This document shows positions 26,471 through 38,600 of a stretch of 64,000 nt of DNA, piece by piece. The stretch covers positions 174,654,924-174,718,923 of the forward strand of contig NC_090374.1 of NCBI RefSeq assembly GCF_036365525.1, read 5' to 3'. The first letter of the stretch is position 1. Every line of letters starts with the position of its first letter. Both the position numbers and the translations under genes were made by a program. This DNA is from Heterodontus francisci. Its lineage: Eukaryota. A model generated the notes under the pieces. It searched no databases, was not told the DNA's origin, and saw nothing but the letters and a program-made list of their open reading frames with translations.

Positions 26471-26664
26471 TATAAATATTTCTTCATCAGTTATTTAATA
26501 AGCTTTATGTAGTCTCTTGAACTGGAAGAATTGATGAAAGGGTTACACAAAATATTTTCCATTAGTATGATTCATTTATTTTAATAAATGTTATTCTTAT
26601 TCAATTAAATATGCAAGATACCCTGAGATACTATACAATATGTAGTGATGAGACAGTCTGCCTG

Positions 26665-28270
26665 ATTTGGAAATGCTCAGCAGGTCAGGCAGCATCTGTG
26701 GAGAGAGAATACAGGTCGATGACCTTTCATCAGAACTGGGAAAAGTTAAAAATGTAGGTTTTAAGTAGGTCAAATGGGGACGGATGGGAAAAGAACAAAA
26801 AGGAAGGTCTGTGACAGAGTGGAAAATGGAAGACATTAAATGACAAAAGACTGGGTGGTGGAGGGCCAAAGGGATTGGTCATGGGATAAGTAAAAAAACA
26901 AAAGATGTGACGGAGGAGGTGTGACTGTTAGAATAATGAACAGCTGCTGTCCGAAAGCAAAACAAAAGAAAACAAGATTAAGACTGAAACATGCAAAGAA
27001 AAGAAAACAAAACGGGGAGTAGAGATCACGTCTAAAATTGTTGAACTCAGTGTTGAGTCTAGAAGGCTGTAAAGTGCCTAACCGAAAGATGAGGTGCTGT
27101 TCATCGAGATTGGGTTGAGCTTCATTGGGACACTGCAGTAGGCCCAGGACAGAGATGTCAGCATGAGAGCAAGGTGGAGAATTGAGCTGACAGGACACCA
27201 GAAGCTCAGTATCGCGCTTGCGGACTGAACAGAGGTGTTCCGCAAAGTAGTCACCCAATCTCCGTTTGGTCTTCCCAATGTAGAGCAGACTGCATGTGAG
27301 CAGTGAATACAGTAGACTAAATTGAAGGAAACACAAGTAAATCACTGCTTCACCTGGAAGGAGTGTTTGGGACCTTGGATGGTGAGGAGAGAGGAGGTAA
27401 AAGGGCAGGTGTTGCATCTCCTGCACTTGCATGGAGAAGTGTCGTGGGAAGGGGACGGGGTGTCACAGAGGGAACAATTCCTTCAGAGTGCTGAAAGGGG
27501 AGGGGAGGGAAAGATGTGTTTGGTCGTATCATCATGCTGGAGGTAGCAGAAATGGCAGAGGATGATCCATTGAATACGGAGGCTGGTGGGATGGAAGGTG
27601 AGGACAAGGGGAACCCTATGGCAGTTCGGGGTGGGAGGGGAAGGGGTGAGAGCAGAAGTGCGGGAAATGGGTCTGACACAGTCGAGAGTCCCGCCAACCA
27701 CGGTGGGAGGGAATCCTTGGTTGAGGAAAAAGGAAGACCTATCAGAAGCTCTGGTATGGAAGGTTACATCAACACAGTGGAAAACATAGCAATGTCAAAC
27801 AGTAATACAATACAACGGAGAAACTGGGAAAATGGGGTGTAAGTAAGTGTAGTCCAGGTGGCTGTGGGAGTCTGTGGGCTTATATTTGAATATTGGTTGA
27901 TAGCCTATGCCCAATAATTGAGACAGAGAAGGGAAGGAAGAGGCCCTACCAGTCCCCATCCACCACCACCCTCCTCCACCTGGCTGAACTTGTTCTTACA
28001 TTGAACAACCTCTCATCTCACTTCCTCCAAATAAAAGGTGTTGCCATGGGTACCAGCATGGGGCCTAGCTATGCCTGATGTTTAGTGAAACATTCCTTGT
28101 TCCAGGAAGGAAAGTGAAGAGTTGGAGATGGACCATGTGAAGGTGAGAGAAGGGTGGAAATTGGAAGCAAAGTTGACGTTTTTCAGTTCAGGGCGATAAC
28201 AGGAAACGACACTGATACAGTCATCAATGCATTGAAAGAACAGCCGAAGGAGGGGGCCTGAGTAGGACTG
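26665..28270 (-). mobile_element. Penelope-like element (RT C-terminal part, GIY-YIG endonuclease, pLTR remnant), internally rearranged
   Basis: LLYIGKTKRRL..FAEHL...EQHLIFRLGTLQP..LN (GIY-YIG); FQCIDD (RT motif C); FLQIKGVAMGTSMGPSYA (RT motif B) lies on the opposite strand. Confidence 0.9.
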
Positions 28271-28605
28271 TTGTAATGTAGGAAACATGGCAGCCAATTT
28301 ATGCATAGCAAGCTTCCAAAAACAGTACTATGATAATAATCAGATAATCTTTTTTGTGTGATGTTGATTGAGGGACACTGGGAAGAACTCCCTTGCTCTT
28401 ATTCAAAAGAGTGCCATGGGATCGTTTATGTCCACCTGAGAGACCAGATGGGTCTTGGTTTAACATCTCATCTGAAAGCCAGCACTACTGACAATGTAGC
28501 ACTCCCTCAGTATTGAAGTATCAGTCTTAATTTTTATGCTCAAGTGGGATTTGAACCCAGAACTTTGTGACTTTGAGGTAAGAGTACAATCAAACCACAA
28601 CTGAC
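28270..28605 (-). mobile_element. Deu-domain SINE (5' two-thirds)
   Basis: Core and head motifs. Confidence 0.75.
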
Positions 28606-29409
28606 ATTGCTCATTAAGGAGCTGGCACAGGGATGATGGGCCAAATGGCCTCCTTCTGTGCTGTTTGATTCTATGACTTCAAGGTGTATGTCACTAACGT
28701 TTGTATTACTCTTTGACATTGTTATGTTTTCCGCTGTGTTGGTTCTTGTAAAGGCATTTACAGTTTTTTATACCTGGATCTCCAAGTACATCCATTTCAG
28801 TGGAACCAAAGTACTTAAATTGAAAGGAAAGAATCCTACTGCTAACATGGAATGATTTGACATTGTATTAATGATAATTTTTAACCTTTGTTTGCTTGTT
28901 AAGTAACGTCTTAAAACAACTAATTGATGCTAAAATTGTCTAGCGATTTAAAAATGGTCGCCACTGACCTTTTGAGCTATGGTTTACCCTTATAGCACCA
29001 GCAGATTTTTAATATGGAATATATGGAATTTACAGCCAGCAACAGGCCATTCAGCCCAACTGCTCTATGCTGGCGTTAATGCTCCACGTGAGTCTCCTCC
29101 CAACCCCTACTTTTTCTCACTTTACCGATATATATCCAATTCCTTCGGAAGGTTACTTGCACTAAAGTTTTCATTTGCTTGTGTGAATTCATCAGCTGAT
29201 GGAAGGACAGCAAAATTAGCCACGCAGAATAAACATCTGTGTAAACGAAACTATTTTTTTAAATTCGAGTTTATTTGGTGTGGGAGTCCCAGGGTAGTGC
29301 TGAATCAAAGAGAAACTAATGTTCAAAAGGGTCATCATGTGACTGATGAACAATTAAATGTAAAAGGAAAGAAATAAGATAACAAAAATAAGAAGGCCTA
29401 AAAGAAATA

Positions 29410-29840
29410 TTTATTTCTGCAGAGCTTTTCATTATCACAGAACATCCCAAAGCACTTTACAAAGCACTGCCACTATTGTAATGTAGGAAGTGTGGCAGCC
29501 AATTTGCACTCAGCAAGCTCCCACAAGCAGCAATGGAATAATGACTGGATAATCTGATTTTGTGATGTTGGTTGAGGGAAAAATATTGGCCAGGACACCG
29601 AGGAGAACTCCCATATTCTTTTTCAAAATAGTGGCCATGCGATCTTTTACATCCACCTGAGAGGGTTGACAGGGCCTCAGTTTAGCATCTCATCCAAAAA
29701 ACAGCACCTCAGACAGTTCAGCATTCCCTCAGTACTTCACTGGGAGTGCTAGCCTAGATTTTTTCTCAGGTCTCTGGAGTGGGACTCAAACCCACAACCT
29801 TCTGACCAAGGCACAAGACTGTTACCAACAGAGCCACCGC
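29410..29840 (-). mobile_element. Deu-domain SINE
   Basis: Tail, core and head motifs. Confidence 0.8.
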
Positions 29841-30569
29841 TGCACTCTCATTACCATTGCAGTTATGTCACATTCTAATTTCACATAAAATTATAGATGT
29901 CCTTCTTGGGGTTCTACATTGAGGAGCCAAAACCAATAAAGCTCCTCAGGAGATTAGATTGCCAGGATAATACTTTATTAGAGTATAAAACTGGAAAGCA
30001 AAGGAATCAAAAGACATTTGATTTCAGGGTCTGCAATGCATTGGCCATTCAGTAAGTAGAAAAGCACAGGGATCTCAATAATCCAAATGACTGCAGGTGA
30101 TTGGCCTAAATCGAACAGCAGAATCTGGAGATTCACAATTCATGCCATATCTCTTCATCCCTTGAACTCACAGGTCGGCTTGCTTATTAGTAACAGCCTG
30201 CACTGTTATTTGCCCAGTGAGATTGGGCCAATATACTTATCAAGCAATAACGAGTGCTTCGTTGTCTCAAGGGCCTTTGGCTATTGCATTCTATAAGGTA
30301 CAATTCTGAGCATTACTGAGAGGTACATATGGGTTACTATTAGTGCCTTGATTGTCATGCCAAGTATCCCTCTGCTACCATTAACAGGCAGATCGCAATT
30401 AAACTGACGCAGCATAAATTGGCTGTGTTTTGGAAGCAATTCTATTCTCGATGTATTTTAATGTTCATCATCCACACTTACAGTAAAAGGGTTTCTTAGC
30501 TTTGCTGGTGTAGCAATTCATTTGAGCTTCTCTCACCAAAAGGACCACCTTTAAATTGTCAAGACAAAG

Positions 30570-30920
30570 AATTATGTAGAGTGTACAGCATAGACACAGG
30601 CTATTCGATCTATTTTCTGCATGAGCCTCCCCCTGCCTTACCTCATCTCACCACATCAACATATCCTCTATTCCTTTCTCCCTCATGTGTTTATCTAGCT
30701 TCCCCTTAAATGCATCTATACTATTCACTTCAACCACTTCACGTGGTAGCAAGTTCTACATTCTCACCACTCTCTGGTAAAGATGTGTCCCCTGAATTCC
30801 TTATTGGATTTATTAGTGACTACCTTACATTTATGACCTCTAATTACGGACTCTACCACAAGTGGAAACCTCTTCTCATTGTCCACCCTATCGAACCCTT
30901 CATAATTTTAAAGACTTCTA
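30570..30920 (-). mobile_element. CR1 LINE 3' fragment
   Basis: Reverse complement of the CR1 subfamily at 35185-35490. Confidence 0.7.
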
Positions 30921-31237
30921 CCAAGTTAAACCCCTTTAAGTCTCCAACGACTGGACAGTGCAATCAAGAAGATCTTTGACCTCTTCATGCAGCTTTTTCT
31001 ATTCTACTGATTTCCAAACCCATGATCTGACACACTCAGTTGCTTGTCCCCTTCATCATATTCCACAACATTTTAACAAGTGTATCCTGAAACTGCAAGT
31101 ACAGTTATATTAGACCTTCTTCTAAGGATTGCACTTGTCCAGGCACCAAAGACCTTGATTGTTTTAATGGAGTAACAGTGTGGCCATTCGCTGTAGAATG
31201 ATTGCAGACATTCAGCTGTGTGGACAAAGCACAAGAT

Positions 31238-31562
31238 TCACCCTATCTCTGTAACCTCCTCCAGTCCTACAACCCTGTGAGATCTCTGTATTTCTCCAAT
31301 TCTGTCCTCTTGAGCATCCCTGATTTCCTTTGCTCCATCATTGTTGGCTGCCAACACCCTAAGCTCTGAAATTCCCTCCCTAAAAGTCTCTGCCTCTTGC
31401 TGTCTCCCTTCCTTTAAGATGCCCCTTAAAACCTCATCTTTGATCATCTGCCCTAATGTTGCCTTCTGTGACTTGGTGTAAATTTTTTTTGATTACGCTC
31501 TTGTGAAGTGCCTTGGGATGTTTGACTATTTTAAAGGCACTATATAAATGCAAGCTGTTGTT
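31238..31562 (+). mobile_element. L2 LINE 3' end
   Basis: Homologous to 24318-24648; same tail. Confidence 0.75.
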
Positions 31563-31937
31563 AAATCACTTAATATGCGAATGAATTGCTTGAAGAGCAG
31601 TGACAGTAGGCAAGCACAGCTGCCAGTTTTGTGCGTTGTCTGTCCGTGCCCACAAACAGCGATAAAAGATCAGTTGTTGGTTCAGTAAGACACAATGGGA
31701 AAATCCTGCTCCTCTTCAGATAATTCTGCAGAATCTTTAGCATCCACATAAACCACCAGAGCAAACAGACAGCAACAGCACTTCTGGCAATGTTGCATTC
31801 CCTTAGTACAGCTCTGGAGTGTCATCCAGATGATGTGTACAAATTGTGGAAGATTGAACTCTAAGTTTTCTGATTCACAGACAGGAATGCAACAATCTGA
31901 GTCAAATTGCCACTCATTCAAATAAAGAAGCTCTGTG

Positions 31938-32295
31938 ACATAGGAACATAAAAATAGCAGCTGGAGTAGGCCATACGCCACTTCAAGCCTGCTCCACTAT
32001 ACAATTAAATCATGTATCATCTTCTACCTCACTCCATTTCCTGCACTGTCACCATATCCCTTCATTCCCTTAGTATCCAAAAAGCTTTCACAGAATTGTT
32101 ACAGCACAGAAGGAGGCCATTTGGCCCATCGCATCTGCACCAGCTCTCCAAATGAGCAATTCACCTAATGCCATTCTCCTGCCTTCTCCCCGTAACCCTG
32201 CACATTCTTCCTTTTCAGATAACAGTCTAATTCCCTTTTGAGACATTTCAGTCTTGAATGGACTCAACGGCTGAGCATCCACAGCCCTCGGGTGT
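31938..32295 (-). mobile_element. Old CR1 3' tail with a younger CR1 tail (~32087-32242) nested inside
   Basis: Two distinct reverse CR1 tails; the outer one resumes after the inner. Confidence 0.65.
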
Positions 32296-33074
32296 CAACA
32301 GCATCTGAAATCTCACAGCTTACTACAAGAGTGTTAAAACTAATATTTATTTGTGGCACAGTTTGCTGCTAATAGTCTGAGAAGTGATGGACATTAGAAT
32401 CAAATTCTGATTAGGGTTATACGGTTAAATAATTGAGGAATGCCGTTGGTACTGTTTTTATTGCACAGACCTTCACAACCAGGAGTGAAATTATTTTCCA
32501 AAATTCTTTTTCTAAAAATATCAGACTAGAGTGGCAGCAAATTCCCCATTTGGAATACAATCTATGCTTTTAGTTTTTCTTACTTTGCTAAGTACTTTTA
32601 TGAAAATTGGATGAGGTTGCTGAGTTCCAACATCTTACAGAATCTCAATCTGTCCAATTAAGCTACTGAAGTCTATGAGTAATGAAAAGAGAAATTAAGC
32701 TGGGAGAGGTTGAAGCAGAATTTTGCAGCTTTTATCAAATAAATGTTTTACAGGAGTAACAATGACTCTACGATGCTATTGTCCAAAAGCATTCATCTGA
32801 AATTCCTCCCCCCCATCATTTTAGAGGAGGCATTGACACAATTTATTTTAAACAAATTAGCACTTCCACTCAAATAGCAGAGCGAGGAATTTGAGATGAG
32901 TGCATCTGGAATTTGTAAACCACAGCGTAATTTCAACACCAATGTGTTTGTTCTTTTCTCGTTCAAATGATTACAAATCATCCCTTTCAAATGTTTAAAT
33001 ATGCTGTCCTCTTTCTCAACCACCTTGGCAAACTACAGCATTAAGGTTACATAATAAAGCAACACATATTTAAA

Positions 33075-33440
33075 ATGATCATCATTGTGTTCAAATCCCT
33101 CCATGGCTTCACTCCTCACTATCTCTGTAACCTCCTCCAGACCTACAACCCTCTGAGACCTGGGGACTCCTCTAATTCTGGCCTAATTTAAATCCCTGAT
33201 TTTAATCACCGCACCATTGGTGACTGTGCCTTCAGCTGCTTCTGTAATCCCCTTTCTAAACCTCTCCACCTCTCTCTCCTTTAAGACGCTCCTTAAAACC
33301 CATCTCTTTGACCAAGCTTTTGGTCACCTTTCGTAATATTTCCTTACGTGGCTCAGTGTCAAGTTTGGTTTGATAATCCCTCTGTGAAGTGCCTTGGACA
33401 TTTTGCTATGTTAAAGGCACAATATAAATGCAAGTTGTTG
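33075..33440 (+). mobile_element. L2 LINE 3' end
   Basis: Same family and tail as 24318-24648. Confidence 0.75.
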
Positions 33441-33696
33441 TATTATTCACTATACCACAACATCGCATTTGGAGAATGCAGTTAAGACCGCTACAATATT
33501 TAATAATAATTACATCTTCAGGCAATATCTATCAGTTTTGGTGTGAAGATTGAGTTAGTAAAACTTTTCAAACGTTACTTTTGAAGCATTGAATTAGACA
33601 GGTGTTTTCCAAAGTCTGTGATCACAAATTTTCTGACACAAGCTGTGACATAGTTGGGGGCCTCAATCCAGAATATTCCAGAATAACACACACAAC

Positions 33697-34045
33697 CATA
33701 GAATAGTACAGCACAGGGCGCCAATCGACCCACCGAATCCGTGCTGGCTCTTTCGAAGAGCAATTCAGTTAGTCCCACTCCCCTGTTCTTCCCCACATCC
33801 CTGTAAATTTTTCTTCAAGAATGTATCCAATTTTTCAAGGCTACTATTGAAACTGTTTCCACCACCCTATCAGGCGGTGCATTCCAAATCTTAACCATTC
33901 GTCGTGTAAAAAAAGGTTTTTCCTTATGTTGCTTCTGTTCTTTTTGTCAATCACCTTAAATTTGTGGCCTCTGTTTATGGACTCTAGCCACCGGATACAG
34001 TTTCTCTTTATTCACTCTCTCTAAATCCTTCATGATTTTGAACAC
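33697..34045 (-). mobile_element. CR1 LINE 3' fragment
   Basis: Reverse CR1 tail and ORF2 end. Confidence 0.75.
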
Positions 34046-35184
34046 ACTTTACAAGGTAGCAGATAAATATCATCTTCTGCTCTTGCTTTGCCACCTTGCA
34101 CTCTGGTCAATCCCCTTTCAATTGTTGAGTTGCTTTGCTGTGACTGCACTTGAATTGAGTCCAAGTTATGACCTTTGACTCACTGTAACCCAATATTAAC
34201 TATACAGGACTTACTTTGTGGGTATTGATGCAATGAACCATAGAGATGGAATGTGAAATATAAAGCAGTTGGAAGCTGTATTGGATTTTTACAGTCATAA
34301 TAAAACAAGCATTCTTTCACACGTGGTTTTCCAAACATTAAATGCAGATCCCCAAGCATAGTTCAGCGTGGCCCTTTCTGACTGGCAATTGAAGCATTCC
34401 TAAATGATTCTCATGAAGCTCCTTATCCTCCACTTAACATCAACAGGTCCCCTATTCTGAGCTCAGTGCTATTCTACCCATCATAGAGCATGGACACAGG
34501 TGACTGCACTTCAACCATTCACTTCCTTCAGGTGTACATTGGAGGAAGCAAGATGGATTCTTAAATGAACAATGGCAAACTAGCAATGCCCTGCATTAAA
34601 TCAACTTAAACAAAAATCCAATCAATGCAGATCACGAGAGTTTGATAAATTAAAAATATCACACAGTTTAGACTAAGGTTATATTTACCACATAATATTC
34701 CAAATTGCTGTTTGGTTTCTTCATCATAAAGGTTGGCCATTTTTTGGTGAATGCCATTTTAAAAAATTAATAAATATGGTTCTATACAGCTAGGTGGGTT
34801 GAAAGCTATGTCACTCCTACCGATCAGTCCAGAAGTCTCTCTAATGTTGTTAGCTCTGCCTTTTCTTCTCATCACTTTTCTGCTCTGCCCTACTCTTCCC
34901 AAAGATGTTAACTCCTTGCAGTTCCACAGATTTTGAAAGCAAGTCCTTCTGTTATTTAACCCAGGTGGGTATTACTCATGTGTGCACTTTGACTCTGAGC
35001 AATAGTCAGGTCTCCCACTAGGAAGACAAGGGTGGAGGTCATCACCAGCTGACCCTGTGCCCAACCCTCTCCCACAGCCAAAGATCACACATCTGCACTT
35101 CCACCAGAGGAGTACAATGACAAAAAAGTTCCATTCAATGCAAGCTCAAGGAACATCACCCCATCACCTTCTTGGCCTTAACAC

Positions 35185-35490
35185 TGAGGTCTTCAAAATA
35201 ATGAAAAGTTTTAAGAGAGAAGATACAGAAAGAGTGTTTCTATATGTGGCGAGGAGCAAACAAGAGACCATCAATATAAGATAGTCAATAATAAATTCAA
35301 TAAAGAATTCAGGAGAAACATCTTTTTCCAGAGAGTGATGAAAATATGGAACTCACTACCACAGTGAGTACTTGAGGTGAATAGGATACATACATTTAAG
35401 GGGAAGCCAGAAAAACACATGAGGGAGAAAGGAATAGAAGGATATGCTGATAGGGTGAGATGAGAATGGATGGGAGGAAGCTCGAGCAAT
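35185..35490 (+). mobile_element. CR1 LINE 3' fragment
   Basis: EVFKIMK.F..D..R.F remnant. Confidence 0.7.
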
Positions 35491-35694
35491 ATGGGAGCAC
35501 ACAGTTTCTGCTTCAACCATCTCACCTCATGAAATATTTTGCTTGCGCTGCTACTCAAAGAAACATATATCTTTTTGAAATAATAAGACAAGCCACGAGT
35601 AATAGATCTGGGCAGATGCGGAGCACTGAGTGACAAAATGAGAGTATTTCCACATCCATCCCAGTGATTCAGTGACCATCGACAGGAACAGCTT

Positions 35695-38600
35695 GCTGTA
35701 AAACCTGGTGAAGCTACAACATAGGACTACGTGCATGCCAAACAGCAGAAGCAGCATGCAATAGACACAGCTAAGTGATCCCACAACGAACGGATCAGAT
35801 CAAAGCTCTGCAATCCTGCCATATCCAGTCGTGAATGATGATTGGCAATTAAACAACTAACTGGAGGAGGAGGCCCCACAAATATCCCCATCCTCAACGA
35901 TGGGGGAGCCCAGCACATCAGTGCAAAAGAAAAGGCTGAAGCATACAGCTGGAAGTGGTGAGCGGATGATTCATCTCGGCCTCCTCCTGAGGTCCCCAGC
36001 ATCACAGATGACAGTCTTCAGTCAATTCAATTCACTCCACGTGATATCAAGAAACGGCTGAAGGCACTGGATACTGCAAATGCCATGGGTCCTGACAACA
36101 TTCCGGCAATAGTACTGAAGATTTGTGCTCTATAGCTGGCTGAGCCCCTAGCCAAGTTGTTCCAGTACAGCTACAACACTGTCATCTACCCAACAATGTG
36201 GAAAATTGCCCAGGTATGTCCTATCCACAAAAAGCAGGACAAATCCAATCCAGCCAATTACTGCCCCATCAGTCTACTCTCAATCATCAGTAAAGTGATG
36301 GAAGGTGTCAGCGACAGTGCTCTCAAGCATCATTTAAATAGCAACAACTTGCTCACTGATGATCAGTTTGGGTTCTGCCAAGGCCACTTGGCTCCTGACC
36401 TCATTACAGCCTTGGTCCAAACATGGACAAAAGAGCTCAACTCAAGAGGTGAGGTGACAAGTGATTTCCCTTGACATCAAAGCAGCATTTGACCGAGTTT
36501 GGCAAAGGAGCCCTAGCCAAATTGAAGTCAATGGGAATCGGGGAAAACTCTCCGCTGGTTGGAGTCATACCTAGCCCGAAGGAAGATGGTTGTGGTTGTT
36601 GGAGGTCAATCATCTCAGCCTCAGGACATTGCTGTAGGAGTTCCTCAGGGTAGTGTCCTAGGCCCAACCATCTTCAGCTGCTTCATCAATGACCTTCCTT
36701 CAATCATAAGGTTAGAAGTGGGGATGTTGCTGATGATTGGACAATGTCCAGCACCATTCACAGATTACTTCAGTATCTGAGGAGTTGTGTCCACATGCAG
36801 CAATACCTGGACAACATTCAGGCTTGGGCTTATAAATGGCAAGTCACATTCCAGCCACATAAGAGCCAGGCAATGACCATCTCCATCAGGCAAAAATCTA
36901 ACCATCTCCGTCTTGATATTCAACGGCATTACCATCGCTGAATCCCTCACTATCAACATCCTGAGGGTTACCATTGACCAGAAATTGAACTGGAGCTTCT
37001 TTGGCCTCCTTATCTCGAGAGACAATGGGTAAGCGCCTGGAGGTGGTCAGTGGTTTGTGAAGCAGCGCCTGGAGTGGCTATAAAGGCCAATACTCGAGTG
37101 ACAGACTCTTCCACAGGTGATGCAGATAAAATTGGTTGTCGGGGCTGTTACACAGTTGGCTCTCCCCTTGCGCTTCTGTCTTTTTTCCTGCCAACTGCGA
37201 AGTCTCTTTGACTCGCCACACTTTAGCCCCGCCTTTATGGCTGTCTGCCAGCTCTGGCGATCGCTGGCAACTGACTCCCACGACGTGATCAATGTCACAG
37301 GACGTCATGTCACATTTGCAGACGTCTTTTAGGGGAGACATGGACGGCTGGTGGGTCTGATACCAGTGGCGAGCTCACTGTACAATGTGTCCTTTGGGAT
37401 CCTGCCATCTTCCATGCGGCTCACATGGCCAAGCCATCTCAAGCGCCGCTGACTCAGTAGTGTGTATAAGCTGGGGATGTTGGCCGCCTTGAGGACTTCT
37501 GTGTTGGAGATACGGTCCTGCCACCTGATGCCAAGGATTGTCCGGAGGCAGCGAAGATGGAATGAATTGAGACATCGCTCTTGGCTGACATACTTTGTCC
37601 AGGCCTCGCTACCGTACAGTAAGGTACTGAGGACACAGGCTTGATACACTCAGACTTTTGTGTTCCGTGTCAGTGCGCCATTTTCCCACACTCTCTTGGC
37701 AAGTCTGGACATAGCAGTGGAAGCCTTTCCCATGCACTTGTTGATTTCTGCATCGAGAGACAGGTTACTGGTGATAGTTGAGCCTAGGTAGGTGAACTCT
37801 TGAACCACTTCCAGAGCGTGGTCGCCGATATTGATGGATGGGGCATTTCTGATGTCCTGTCCCATGATGTTCGTTTTCTTGAGGCTGATGGTTAGGCCAA
37901 ATTCGTTGTAGGCAGCTGCAAACCTGTCGATGAGACTCTGTAGACACTCTTCAGTGTGAGATGTTAATGCAGCATCGTCAGCAAAGAGGAGTTCCCTGAT
38001 GAGGACTTTCCGTACTTTGGTCTTCGCTCTTAGACGGGCAAGGTTGAACAACCGGCCACCTGATCTTGTGTGGAGGAAAATTCCTTCTTCTGAAGACTTG
38101 AACGCATGTGAGAGCAGCAGGGAGAAGAAAATCCAAACAGTGTGGGTGCGAGAACACAGCCCTGTTTAACGCCACTCAGGATTGGAAAGGGGTCTGATGA
38201 GGCGCCGCTATGCTGAATTGTGCCTTTCATATTGTCATGAAATGAGGTGATGATACTAAGTAGCTTTGGTGGACATCCGATCTTTTCTAGTAGTCTGAAG
38301 AGACCACGTCTGCTGACGAGGTCAAAGGCTTTGGTGAGATCAATGAAAGCAACGTAGAGGGGCATCTGTTGTTCGCAGCATTTCTCCTGCAGCTGGCGAA
38401 GGGAGAACAGCATGTCAATGGTCGATCTCTCTGCTCGAAAGCCACACTGTGCCTCAGGGTAGACATGCTTGGCCAGCTTCTGGAGCCTGTTTAAAGCGAC
38501 TCGAGCGAAGACTTTCCCCACTATGCTGAGCAGGGAGATTCCACGGTAGTTGTTGCAGTCACCACGGTCACGTTTGGTTTTATAGAGGGTGATGATATTG

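Noticed and set aside
20770-29360. Possible plus-strand host exons (~20771-20828, ~28754-28810, ~29197-29359) with AG/GT-like borders
   Set aside because: Peptides not recognised and splice sites are weak. I cannot assemble a gene. RNA-seq could overturn this.
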